Shown here piece by piece: positions 51,871 through 63,200 of a stretch of 64,000 nt of DNA. The notes beneath the pieces are model-generated. The model was not told the origin of the DNA, did no database searches, and saw only the letters and a list, made by a program, of their open reading frames with translations. The position numbers and the translations under genes are program-made. The first letter of the stretch is position 1; each line of letters starts with the position of its first letter. The stretch spans positions 202,990,001-203,054,000 of the forward strand of contig NC_086100.1 in NCBI RefSeq assembly GCF_963921235.1. The letters run 5' to 3'. The stretch comes from Mobula hypostoma (Eukaryota).

Positions 51871-54485
51871 CCAATAGTAACAGTGACATCGAGAAGCAGA
51901 TCAGGAGACAGATTCTGGAATGCTGCGATAATAACAGGGTTGTCATGATGGAGGATTTTAAATTCCCCAGTATTAATAGGCATCTTCCTCGAGCAAAGGG
52001 TTTAGATGGGGCGGAGTTTGTTAGGTGTGTTCCTTACACAGTATGTCGATAAGCCTACAAGAGGAGAGGCTGTATTCAGAAATGAACTTGGTCAGGTGTC
52101 AGGTATGTCAGTGGGAGAGCATCTTGGAGATAGTGATCACAGTTCTATCTCCTTTACCACAGCATTGGAGAGGGATAGGAACTGACAAGTTAGGGAAGTG
52201 TTTAATTGGAGAAAGGAGAAATATGAAGCTATCAGGCAAGAACTTGGAGGAATAAATTGGGAACAGATGTTCTCAAGGAAATGTATGGCAGAAATGTGGC
52301 AAATATTCAGGGGATATTTGTGTACCATTCTGCATAGGTACGTTCCAATGAGATGGAAAGGATTGTAGGGTACGGAACCATAGTGTACAAAGGCGGTCGA
52401 AAATCTAGTCAAGAAGAAAAGAAAATCTTATGAAAGGTTCAAAAAACTAGGTAATGATAGAGATCTAGAAGATTATAAGGCTAGCAGGAAGGAGCTGAAG
52501 AATGAAATTAGGAAAGCCAGAAGGGCCATGAGAAAGCCTTAGCGAGCAGGATTAAGGAAAACCCCCAAGGCATTCTACAAGTATGAACATTCTACAAGTA
52601 AGAACAAGAGGATAAGACATGAGAGAATAGGACCAATCAAGTGTGACAGTGGAAAAGTGTGTATGGAACCGGAGGAAATAGCGGAGGTACTTAATGAATA
52701 TTTGCTTCAGTATTCACTACGAAGAAGGACCTTGGTGATTGTAGGGATGACTTACAGCGGACCAAAATGCTTGAACATATAGAGATTAAGGAAGTTAATG
52801 TGCAGGAGCTTTTGGAAAGCATAAAGTTGGATAAGTCACCGGGACCGGACGAGATATACCCCAGGCTATTGTGGGAAGCAAGGGAGGAGATTGCTGAGTC
52901 AATGGCAACGATCTTTGCATCATCAATGAGGACGGGAGAGGTTCCAGAGGATTGGAGGGTTGCAGAAGTTGTTCCCTTATTGAAAAAAGGGAGTAGAAAT
53001 AGCCCAGGGAATAATAGACCAGTGAGTCTTACTTCAGTGGTTGGTAAGTTGATGGAGAAGATCCTGAGAGGCAGGAATTATGAACATTTGGAGAGGTATA
53101 ACATGGTTAGGAATAGTCAGCATGGCTTTGTCAAGGGCAGGTCGTGCCTTACGAGCCTGATTAAATTTTTTGAGAATGTGACTAAACACATTGAAGAAGG
53201 TAGAGCCGTAGATGTATATGGATTTCAGCAAAACATTTAATAAGGTACCCCATGCAAGGCTTATTGAGAAAGTATGGAGGCATGGGATCCAGGGGGGTAT
53301 GGTTGTGGACGGGTCATATTCTGCATGGAGGTTGGTGACCAGTGGTGTGCCTCAGGGATCTGTTCTGGAACCCCTCCTCTTTTTGTGATTTTCATAAATG
53401 ACCTGGATGAGGAAGTGGAGGGATGGGTTAGTAAATTTGCTGATGACACAAAGGTTGTGGGTGTTGTGGATAGTGTGGAGGGCTGTCAGAGGTTACAGCG
53501 GGACATTGGTAGGATGCAAAACTGGGCTGAGAAGTGGCAGATGGATTTCAACCCAGATAAGTGTGCAGTGGTTCATTTTTGTAGGTCAAATATGATAACA
53601 GAATATAGTATTAATGGTAAGACTTTTGGCAGTGTTGAGCATCAGAGGGATCTTGGGGTCTGTGTCCATAGGACGCTCAAAGCTGCTGTGCAGGTTGACT
53701 CTGTGGTTAAGAAGGCATATGGTGTATTGGCCTTCATCAATCGTGGAATTGAATTTAGGAGCCGAGAGGTAATGTTGCAGCTATATAGGACCCTGGTCAG
53801 ACCCCACTTGGAGTACTGTGCTCAGTTCTGGTCACCTCACTACAGGAAGGATGTGGAAACCATAGAAAGCATGCAGAGGAGATTTACAAAGATGTTGCCT
53901 GGATTGGGGAGCATGCCTTATGAAAATAAGTTGAGTGAATTCAAACAACAGGAATTCTGCAGATGCTGGAAATTCAAGCAACACACATAAAAGTTGCTGG
54001 TGAACGTAGCAGGCCAGGCAGCATCTCTAGGTAGAGGTGCAGTCGATGTTTCAGGCCGAGACCCTTCGTCAGGACTAATGATTCAACCTTTTTTCCTTGG
54101 AGCGACGAAGGATGAGAGGTGATCTGATAGAGGTGTATAAGCTGATGAGAGGCATTGATCTTGTGAATAATCAGAGGCTTTTTCCCAGGGCTGAAATGGC
54201 TGCCACAAGAGGGCAGAGGTTTAAGGTGCTTGGGAGTAGGTACAGAGGAGATAGCTGGGGTAAGTTTATTATGCAGAGAGTGGTGAGTGTGTGGAATGGG
54301 CTGTTGGCGACGGTGGTGAAGGTGTATACGATGGGGTCTTTTAAGAGACTCCTGGACAGGTACATGGAGCTCAGAAAAATAGAGGGCTGTGGGCAACCCT
54401 AGGTAATTTCTAAGTTAAGAACAAGTTTGGCACAGCTTTGTGGGCCAAAGGGCCTGTATTGTGCTGTAGGTTTTCTATTTCTCTA
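51871..54485 (+). mobile_element. CR1 ORF2, nearly complete but frameshifted
   Basis: ORFs 52767..53240, 53274..53990 (SKFADDTK), 54097..54402. Tail ttttctatttctctat. Confidence 0.88.
53942..54078 (-). mobile_element. Short Penelope-like 3'-terminal insertion; hammerhead stem III mutated (GAAACATC)
   Basis: Reverse complement of the element terminus. Imperfect flanking duplication tgaattcaa / tgattcaa. Confidence 0.8.
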
Positions 54486-54489
54486 TCTT

Positions 54490-55826
54490 TCTAAAATTGC
54501 AAATGTTACCCTACTCTATGAGAAAGGAGGAAGGCAGCAGAACGGAAATTATAGACCAGTTAACCTGACCTCAGCGGTTGAGAAGATGTTAGAGTCAATT
54601 GTTAAGGATGAGGTGATGGAGTACTTGATGACACAGGACAAGATAGTACAAAGTCAGCATGGTTTCCTTCAGGGAAAATCCTGCCTGACAAACCTGTTAG
54701 AATTCTTTGAAGAATTACAAGTAGGATAGATAAAGGGGATGCAGTGGATGTTGAATATTTGGACTTTCAGAAGGCCTTTGCCAAGGTACCACACATGAGG
54801 CTGCTTACCAAGTTAAGAGCCCATGGTATTTCAGGAAAGTTACTGACATGGTTGGAGTATTGGCTGATTGGTAGGAGGCAGCGAGTGAGAATATAAGGAT
54901 CATTTTTTGGTTGCTGCCAGAGACTAGTGTTCCACAGGGGTCAGTGATGGGACCACTTTTTATGCTGTATATAAATGATTTAGATGATGGAATAGATGGC
55001 TTTGTTGCCAAGTCTGCAGATGGTACAAAGATTGGTGGAGGGTCAGGTATCATTGAGGAAACAGGTAGGATGCAGAAGGATTTAGACCGATTTAGAGAAT
55101 GGGCAAGAAAGTGGCAAATGAAATACAATGTTGGGAAATACATGGTCATGCACTTTGGTGGTAGAAATAAATGTGCGGAATATTTTCTAAATGAGAAGAA
55201 AATCCAAGAATCTGAGATGCAGAGGGATTTGGGAGTCCTTGTGCAGAACACCCTGAAGGTTAACTTGCAGGTAGAGTTGGTGGTGAGGAAGGCAAATGCC
55301 ATGTTAGCATTCATTTCAAGAGGTCGAGAGTACAAGAGCAGGGATGTGATGCTGAGGCTTTATAAGGCACTGGTGAGGCTTCACCTTGAGTATTGTGAAC
55401 AGTTCTGTGCTCCTGAATTCAGAAGGATGAGAAGTGTTCTCAATGAAACCTTTTGAATGTTGAAAGGCCTAGGCAGAGTAGATGTGGAAAGGATGTTTCC
55501 CATGGTGGGAGAGTCTAGGACAAGATGGCACAGCCTCAAGATAGAGGGGCGCCCTTTCAAAGCAGGTGCAGAGAAATTTCTTTAGCCAAAGGGTGGTGAA
55601 TTTGTGGAATTTGTTGCCACATGCAGCTGTGGAACCCAGGTGTTTGGTTGTGTTCAAGATGGAGTTTGATAGGTTCTTGATTGGACATGGCATCAAAAGT
55701 TATGGGGAGAATGCCGGGAACTAGGGTTGACGAGAAGATAGTAAAAAAGGATCAGCCATGATTGAATGTCGGAGCAGACTCGATGGGCCAGATGGCTTAA
55801 TTCTGCTTCTATGTCTTATGGTCTTA
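54490..55826 (+). mobile_element. CR1 RT/3' part
   Basis: ORF 54911..55456. Tail tcttatggtctta. Confidence 0.85.
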
Positions 55827-56709
55827 AATTCTTCTATGTAAGTGCATGACTATACACTATATTTCCATCAGCCATTTTTTGCCCATTCTCCTCATCTGTC
55901 TTTGTCTTTTGTAGCTTCTGTACTTTCTCAAAACCACATATCTCTCCACTTATCTTCTTATGGTCTGCAAATTTTGCAGCAAAGCCTGCAATTCTGTCAT
56001 CCAAGTCATTGACGTATAACGTAAAAAGAAGCCTTCCTGGCACAGACCCCTGTGGACCAGCAGCTTTATTCCTGCTCTTTACCTCCTGCCATCAGCCACT
56101 ACTTTAACCATGCTAGAATCTTCCCTGTAATACCATGGGCTCATAGCTTGCTAAGCAGCCTCATGTGTGGCACCTTGTCAAAGGCCTTCCAAAAATGCAA
56201 GTACAATATCAACCGATTCTCCTTCGTCCATACTGTATGGCATTTCTTCAAAGAATTCTAACAGATTTGTCAGGCAATAATTTCCTTTGAGGAGCCCATG
56301 CTGACTGCAGTCTACTTTGTCACAAGCCTCCAAGTACCCCAAAACCACATCCATAACAATAGTCTCCAACATCTTTCAAACCATTGAGGTCAGACTAACT
56401 GGCCAATAAGAACTTAAGAACGTAAGAAATAGGAGCAGGAATAGGCCATCTGGCCTGTCGAGCCTGCTTCACCATTCAGTAAGATCATGGCTGATCTGAC
56501 CATGCACTCATCTCCACCCACCTGCCTTTTTCCCATAAGTCTTAATTCCCCTACTATGCAAAAATCTATCCAACATTTCTATCTTATTTCATATATTGCA
56601 TGCATTCAAATCTGTAGTTATCCCCCTTTTCAATTTTCTCTGCAACTCACTCTACTGACTGCAGTTTTGCCCTGTCATCTGCCTGTCCTTCCTGACAGTC
56701 TCACTACAC

Positions 56710-57407
56710 CCTAGGCAGCATCTATAGAAAGAGTTACAGTCGATGTTTTGGGCTAAGACCCTTTGTCAGGACTAAATGAAAGAAGAGCTAGTAAGAGATT
56801 TGAAAGTGGGAGTGGGAGAGGGAGGTCCAAAATGATAGGAGAGGATAGGAGGGGGAGGGATGGAGCCAAGAGCCAAGATGGACAATTCTGTTGTCCAACA
56901 CCTTATATTCCGCCTGGGTAGCCTCCAACCTGATGGCATGAACATTGACTTCTCTAACTTCCGTTAATGCCCCACCTCCCCCTCGTACCCCATCTGTTAT
57001 TTATTTTTATGCACACATTCTTTCTCTCTCTCTCTCTCTCATTTTTCTCCCTCTGTCCCTCTCACTATACCCCTTGCCCATCCTCTGGGCTTCCCCCCTC
57101 CCCTTTTTCTTTCTCCCCGGACCTCCTGTCCCATGATCCTCTCTTATCCCTTTTGCCAATCACCTGTCCAGCTCTTGGCTCCATCCCTCCCCCTCCTGTC
57201 TTCTCCTATCATTTTGGATCTCCCCCTCCCCCTCCAACTTTCAAATCTCTTACTAACTCTTCCTTCAGTTAGTCCTGACGAAGGGTCTCGGCCTGAAACG
57301 TCGACTGTACCTCTTCCTATAGATGCTGCCTGGCCTGCTGTGTTCACCAGCAACTTTTATGTGTGTTGCTTGAAATTCCAGCATCTGCAGATTTCCTCAG
57401 GTTTGCG
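56710..57407. mobile_element. Penelope-like insertion: short inverted terminal copy (minus ~56712-56875) plus 5'-truncated + copy (~56896-57407)
   Basis: Both parts match the element 3' region. 9-bp TSD tcactacac (56701-56709, 57408-57416). Confidence 0.85.
57270..57307 (+). ncRNA. Minimal type I hammerhead ribozyme motif, intact core
   Basis: tagtc-CTGACGA-agggtctcggcct-GAAA-c-GTC-gactg. Confidence 0.75.
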
Positions 57408-57590
57408 TCACTACACACTCTCTCTGTTTGTGTACCAACAGCCCCATCCTCAGTCCTGTGACAATAATAAACAATTCCACTTTTAACTTTTGCATGAAGA
57501 GTTTCCTTTGTTAATTAAGATTTAGATTAAGGAGAAATATTAAGTTTAATTTCTCAAGGCAACCAAATGTGTTTTATTTTGTGACGCCAG

Positions 57591-57743
57591 TGGCTGTCTG
57601 GAGACAGGACTGGAATCCCTGCTGAAGGCTGCTGGCAGCAATCTCCTAATTCTGAAGGTTTCCCATTGTCCAAACGTACTGACTGACCGTTCACTTTGGT
57701 TGGCAAGTTGCTACTGCCGCGCACTTCAAGCAGTAACTTATCG
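57591..57743 (+). CDS. FBXO41: FBXO41 internal coding exon (LRR-like region); absent from the ORF track
   Basis: Acceptor cgccag|57591, donor cg|gtgagt. Manual translation GCLETGLESLLKAAGSNLLILKVSHCPNVLTDRSLWLASCYCRALQAVTYR. Phase 2 matches the previous exon. Confidence 0.93.
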
Positions 57744-57912
57744 GTGAGTAAAGTAGATCTTGTTTTATAGCTGACCTGACTGGAGAAATAATTGGGTAAA
57801 CAGACTTAAATGTTATTCATTACAACAGCTATGGAGTGAAATATGTAGAATAGATTTTGAGGAGATGCTTAAAGGCTTTTAAAAGCAAAATTCACTTGGA
57901 TTTACTTGCTGA

Positions 57913-58410
57913 TTGAAAGAGGGAAAAGGTAGGGGTTTGTGTTTCTTGTTAAAGTCGATGTGGTCCTTGGACATAGTGGTTTTACTGCACTCCTGTTTCC
58001 CTGACCTGGAACATCCAATTATTGAGTGCCAACTGCTGTACTTACTGAGAGAGTCCACTGTGATCCTGACCTTAGTTTATATACTGCCAAAGGCAAATGT
58101 TAAGCAAGCCCTGAAAGTATTGAGTGCCAAGGTCAACAAACAAGAAGCAGTTTACTCCGACACCTTTCAAATCATTGTTGGGGACTTCAGTCAGGCTTGT
58201 TGAAGAACTGTCTGGCCAATTATCATTAACAGCACCAGGAGGCCCAACACACTCAGCCACCGTTATTCTCCAGCTAGAAACGCCCCTTCTTCCATGCCCA
58301 GACAGCATTTGGGGAGCTTTGATCATCTGGCTGTATTCCTTCTAACTGCTTAGAGGCAGAGACTAACGAGTAGGACTCCAGAGATAAGGACAACAAAGAG
58401 GTGGTCGTGT
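57913..58410 (+). mobile_element. Rex1-like LINE endonuclease remnant
   Basis: GRGLCF...TLVYILPKAN...IIVGDFSQ, APE-type motifs. Confidence 0.65.
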
Positions 58411-59505
58411 TATGTGGAAGTTGTGTAACATGTTGGTGAGGCCAAATTTAGAGTATTGTGTGGAATGCATATCAGTAAGCTTGAAAGATGCAGAGAAAAT
58501 TTACACAGATGTTACATAGAAACATAGAAAACCTACAGCACAATACAGGCCCTTCAGCCCACGAAGCTGTGCCGAACATGTCCCTACCTTAGAAATTACC
58601 TAGGGTTACCCATAGCCCTCTATTTTTCTAAGCTCCACATACCTATCCAGGAGTCTCTTAAAAGATCCTATCATATCTGCCTCCACCACCATCGCCAGCA
58701 GCCCATTCCACACACTCACCTCTCTCTGCGTAAAAAACTTACTCCTGACATCTCCTCTGTACCTACTTCCAAGCACCTTAAAACTGTGCCCTCTCATGCT
58801 AGCCATTTCAGCCTTGGGAAAAAGCCTCCGACTATCCACACGATCAATGCCTGTCATCATCTTATACACCTCTATCAGGTCACCACTCATCCTCTGTCGC
58901 TCCAAGGCTGGGACTTGAGGACCTGAGTTAAAGGGGTATATTGGGTAGGTTGGACTTTATACCCTGGAGCGGAGGATAATGTGGTAAGATTTGATAGAAA
59001 TATACATAATTATGAGGGATACATACTGGGCGAATGCAAGAGGCTTTATTGTTCAGGTTGGTGAGAGTAGAACTAGAAGTCATGGGTTTAGGGTGAAAGG
59101 TGAAATATTTAAGGGAACCTGAGGACAAAGTGGTGTTTGCAGGTCCATTTAGTGTTGTCAAATCATAGAAAAGTACAGCACAGAAACCAGCCCTTCAGCC
59201 CATCTAGTCCGTGCTGAATCATTTAATCTGCCTACTCCCATCGACCTGCACCAGAACCATAGCCCTCTATACCTCTACCAACCATGTATCATCCAAACTT
59301 CTCTTTAATGTTAAAAACAAACTCACACACATCATTTGTGCTGGCAGCACTCCCCTAACCCTCTGAGTGAAGAGGTTTCCCCTCATGTTCCTTTTAAACT
59401 GTTCCCCTTTCACCCTTAACCTGTGACCTCTGGTTGTGTTATCCCAACCTCAGTGGGATAAAGTCCCAACCTATTCAATCTTCAGTTATAACTGAAACCC
59501 CGTGG
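58411..59505. mobile_element. CR1 3' fragments (minus tail ~58515-58905 nested in an older + copy; minus tail ~59160-59505)
   Basis: ORF 58606..58905. catagaaacatagaaaa tail. Confidence 0.7.
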
Positions 59506-60296
59506 TTTCCTTGGCTGTGTAAGTCTAGGGAAGACAAACTCCGGCCCTCCCAAACTCGTGAGATTGAGGTGCTCTCCCACCCCAAACCCCTGTTTGTGTG
59601 GGTGCTGTGGCATATGACTCTCCACGACATAGGGCATAGCCGCCCGGCAGTCAGCCAAATTATGCTTCCTAGGTAGCCCCAAGTTATTTATGAGGACTCG
59701 GTCTCCAGACATGAGGTGGGAGAACCTAAACTTTTGATCATACCTCCTCTTATTTCCTTGATTCTGCTTAGTAGTCATGACTTCAGCTAATTCGTAAGCC
59801 CTTTTCAGCTCCCTTCTCCTATCAGACACATACTGTACTTCAGATAAGTCTTCGGTGGTAGGTCTTCCTCGCCAGTCCCAAAAAAGAGGTTGATGGGCAA
59901 CCTCACCTCACGCCCAAACATCAGATAATATGGCGAGTACCGGTTAGCTTCATTTTGTGTACAGTTGTAGCAATGGACCAGATGTCCAATATGTCGACTT
60001 CACTTGTTCTTTTTGCTGATCTCCGAGGTTCCAAGTGTGTCTAAAAAGGTCTGATTAAACCTCTCGGGCTGGGGATCACCCTATGGGTGATAAGGCGTAG
60101 TCTTCGACTTCTTGACTCCAAGCGTACTCAGTAGCTCATGTATGAGCATACTTTGGAAATCCCATCCCTGATCACTATGTATCCCCCTGGGGAGCCCATA
60201 ATAAATGAAATTCTTCTCCCACAACACTTTGGGCTCCGTGGACGCCCTCTGATCTTTGGTAGGGAAGGCTCGCGCATAACTGATGTAGTGATCCGT
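59506..60296 (-). mobile_element. Gypsy LTR-retrotransposon integrase, C-terminal part
   Basis: [12 protein letters not shown]...[11 protein letters not shown]...TTPYHP integrase core, then AYELAEV...KRRYD...GDRVL. Confidence 0.85.
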
Positions 60297-63200
60297 AAGT
60301 TCCCGCGGGCAGAAGTTCCCACGTGCTTCAAACAGGCAACAATTATACCAGTGCCTAAGAAGAATAATGTGAGCTGCCTTAATGACTATCGCCCTGTAGT
60401 ACTCACATCGACAGTAATAAAATGCTTTGAGAGGTTGGTCATGACTAGACTGAACTCCTGCCTTAGCACTGACCTGGACCCATTGCAATTTGCCTATCGC
60501 CACAATAGGTCAATGGCAAACGCAATCTCAATGGCTCTTCACATGACCTTAGACCACCTGGACAACACAAACACCTATGTCAGGATGCTGTTCCTCGACT
60601 GTAGCTCAGCATTTAATACCATCGTTTCCACAATCCTGATTGAGAAGTTACAGAACCTGGGCCTCTGTACCTCCCTCTGCAATTGGATCTTCGACTTCCT
60701 AACCAGAAGACCACAATCTGTGTGGATTGGTGATAACATATCTTCCTCACTGACGATCAGCACTGGTGCACCTCAGGGGTGTGTGCTTAGCCCACTGCTC
60801 TACTCTCTGTATACACATGACTGTGTGGCTAGGCATAGCTCAAATACCATCTATAAATTTGCTGACGATACAACCATTGTTGGTAGAATCTCAGGTGGTG
60901 ACGAGAGGGCGTACAGGAGTGAGATATACCAACTAGTGGAGTGGTGTCACAGCAACAACCTGGCACTCAACGTCAGTAAGACGAAAGAGCTGATCGTGGA
61001 CTTCGGGAAGGGTAAGATGAAGGAACATATACCAATCCTCATAGAGGGATCAGAAGTGGAGGGAGTGAGCAGCTTCAAGTTCCTGTGTGTCAAGATCTGT
61101 GAGGATCTAAACTGGTGCCTACTATCAATGCAGTTATAAAGAAGGCAAGACAGTGACTATACTTCATTAAGAGCTTGAAGAGATTTGGCATGTCAACAAA
61201 TACACTCAAAAACTTCTACAGATGTACCGTGGAGAGCATTCTGACAGGCTGCATCACTGTCTGTTATCGGGGTGGGGGGGGGGGGTGCTACTGCACGTGA
61301 CCGAAAGAAGCTGCAGAGGGTTGTAAATCTAGTCAGCTCCATCTTGGGTACTAGCCTACAAAGTACCCAGGACATCTTCAAGGAGGGGTGTCTAGGAAAG
61401 GCAGCATCCATTATTAAGAACCTCCAGCACCCAGGGCATGCCCTTTTCTCACTGTTACCATCAGGTAGGAGGTACAGAAGCCTGAAGACACACACTCAGC
61501 CATTCAGGAACAGCTTCTTCCCCTCTGCCATCTGATTCCTAAATGAACATTTTTCTTAATATAGTTTTTATTGAGTTTTCAAAGTAAATACATGAAAAAA
61601 TAATATCTACCCTCCCCCTCCCCTTAACCCTCTCCCCCCCGATATATACTCCTACCTAAAGAGAAAAGAAAAAAAGAAAAAAAAACTGCCTGAGTATTGG
61701 AAGGTTTGCACATACTCCATGGGATTAAAAATAAACTTAATATATATTTGTTACTTTCCCCAAGGAACCAAGATCTTTATCATCGGAGCTGTAAATAAAG
61801 GCTCCAAATATTCAAAAATGTTTCATATTTATCTCTTAAAGTCTAAAACATTACTTAGCTTCTCAACTCTCATAGTTCCGTGGGGAATCTCTTTGAACTT
61901 CACCATGTTGCTATGTGTTTCCCTTCCAATCATCCAGGCAAAAAAAGAAAAAACAAAATACTCCCCCACTAATGTTGTGAATGAAAAGATACACAACACT
62001 ACCCCCCTCCATTGTGCGGGTTGTGACTATTGCCACGTTTGCACACATGAATAACATAGCGATTGGACAGTGTTTCTTCCAGCTCCCCATAACAAAAAAT
62101 TGTATATATATTTAAAAAATTAATGTCATTATTCCCAGCTAATATTCCTCAAATTTTAACCTTTCTTCCCCTCCCTCATATAATTAATAATATATTTATA
62201 TATTCATCCGCCTAAAAATCCAACAGGCCTAATCCTTAATCCAGTCTTCATCTTCAAACCATCTCAGACCCCTGGGTTTGTTCTTGTATCTGGTGAATAT
62301 TCAAAGAATCTCGTACAAACTCCTCTGCTTTCCGGTAATCGTCAAAAAATCTTTTTTTCTCCACCAGGCAAAAAAACTTTAAGGTTGCAGGATAACGCAA
62401 TATAAATTGATAACCGTGATCCCATAGGGCTTTTTTCACTGGATTAAATTTCTTCCTTTTCTTCAAAAGTTCATAACTTATGTCAGGGTAAAAAAAAATT
62501 TCTTCCCTTCTATCATCAGTGGCCCTTTTCTCTTCTTGGCAGCTTGGGCAGCCACCTGTAGAATCCTTTCTTTGTCTTGAAATCTTAAGAATTTTATTAA
62601 AATTGATCATGGATATTGGTCATCTTGTGGTTTTGGTCTTAGAGCTCTATGTACCCGCTCTATTTCAATTGATCGGTCTTCCTCTTTCATTTGCAAGGTT
62701 TTCGGGATCCATCTTTGAAAAAATTCTATTGGATTATCTCCCTCTATACCTTCTTTAAGACCAACAATTTTAAGATTATTATGTCTACTAAAATTTTCCA
62801 ACACGTCCACTTTCTCCAAGAGTCGATTTCTTTCCGTGTTCCAGACAAGTACATCATTTTCTGTTTTTTCCACTCTATCGTTAATATGCTCCATTGTTCT
62901 TTCCATCTTCTGAAGTTTCTTATCCATTTTATCCTGTCTTTTCATAGCTTTATCATGGCACATCTTCATGTCTCTAAACTCTGTTCTTAATTTTCTTAGC
63001 TCAGCTGTTAATTGCAATAAAGCCTCTCTTATATCTCCGTCATCTCCTTTACTTCCAGTCTCTTCCAGTTCTTCCTCCTCTTCTTCATCTGTATTCCCTG
63101 CGGTATCCAATTCTGACTCTGAGTGGTTTTCAGTTGCGGTGGCCATCGGTTCTTGTAGTTTAAGTTGTGTCGATTTGCGCATGCGCAATTCCGGCACCTT

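Noticed and set aside
7435..57407. Apparent targeting of Penelope-like insertions to CR1 elements
   Set aside because: CR1 makes up most of the window and the TSDs share no consensus, so chance explains it.
11056..58540. Short octamer-like repeats (CATAGAAA, ATAAGACC, ATAAGAAC) as CRISPR-like or regulatory arrays
   Set aside because: They are the standard 3' terminal microsatellites of CR1 subfamilies, with no spacers; the sequence is eukaryotic.
60138..61139. 333-aa ORF as a novel RT fusion gene
   Set aside because: The first ~53 codons are antisense Gypsy integrase DNA and the rest is a truncated Rex-like RT, joined at an insertion junction.
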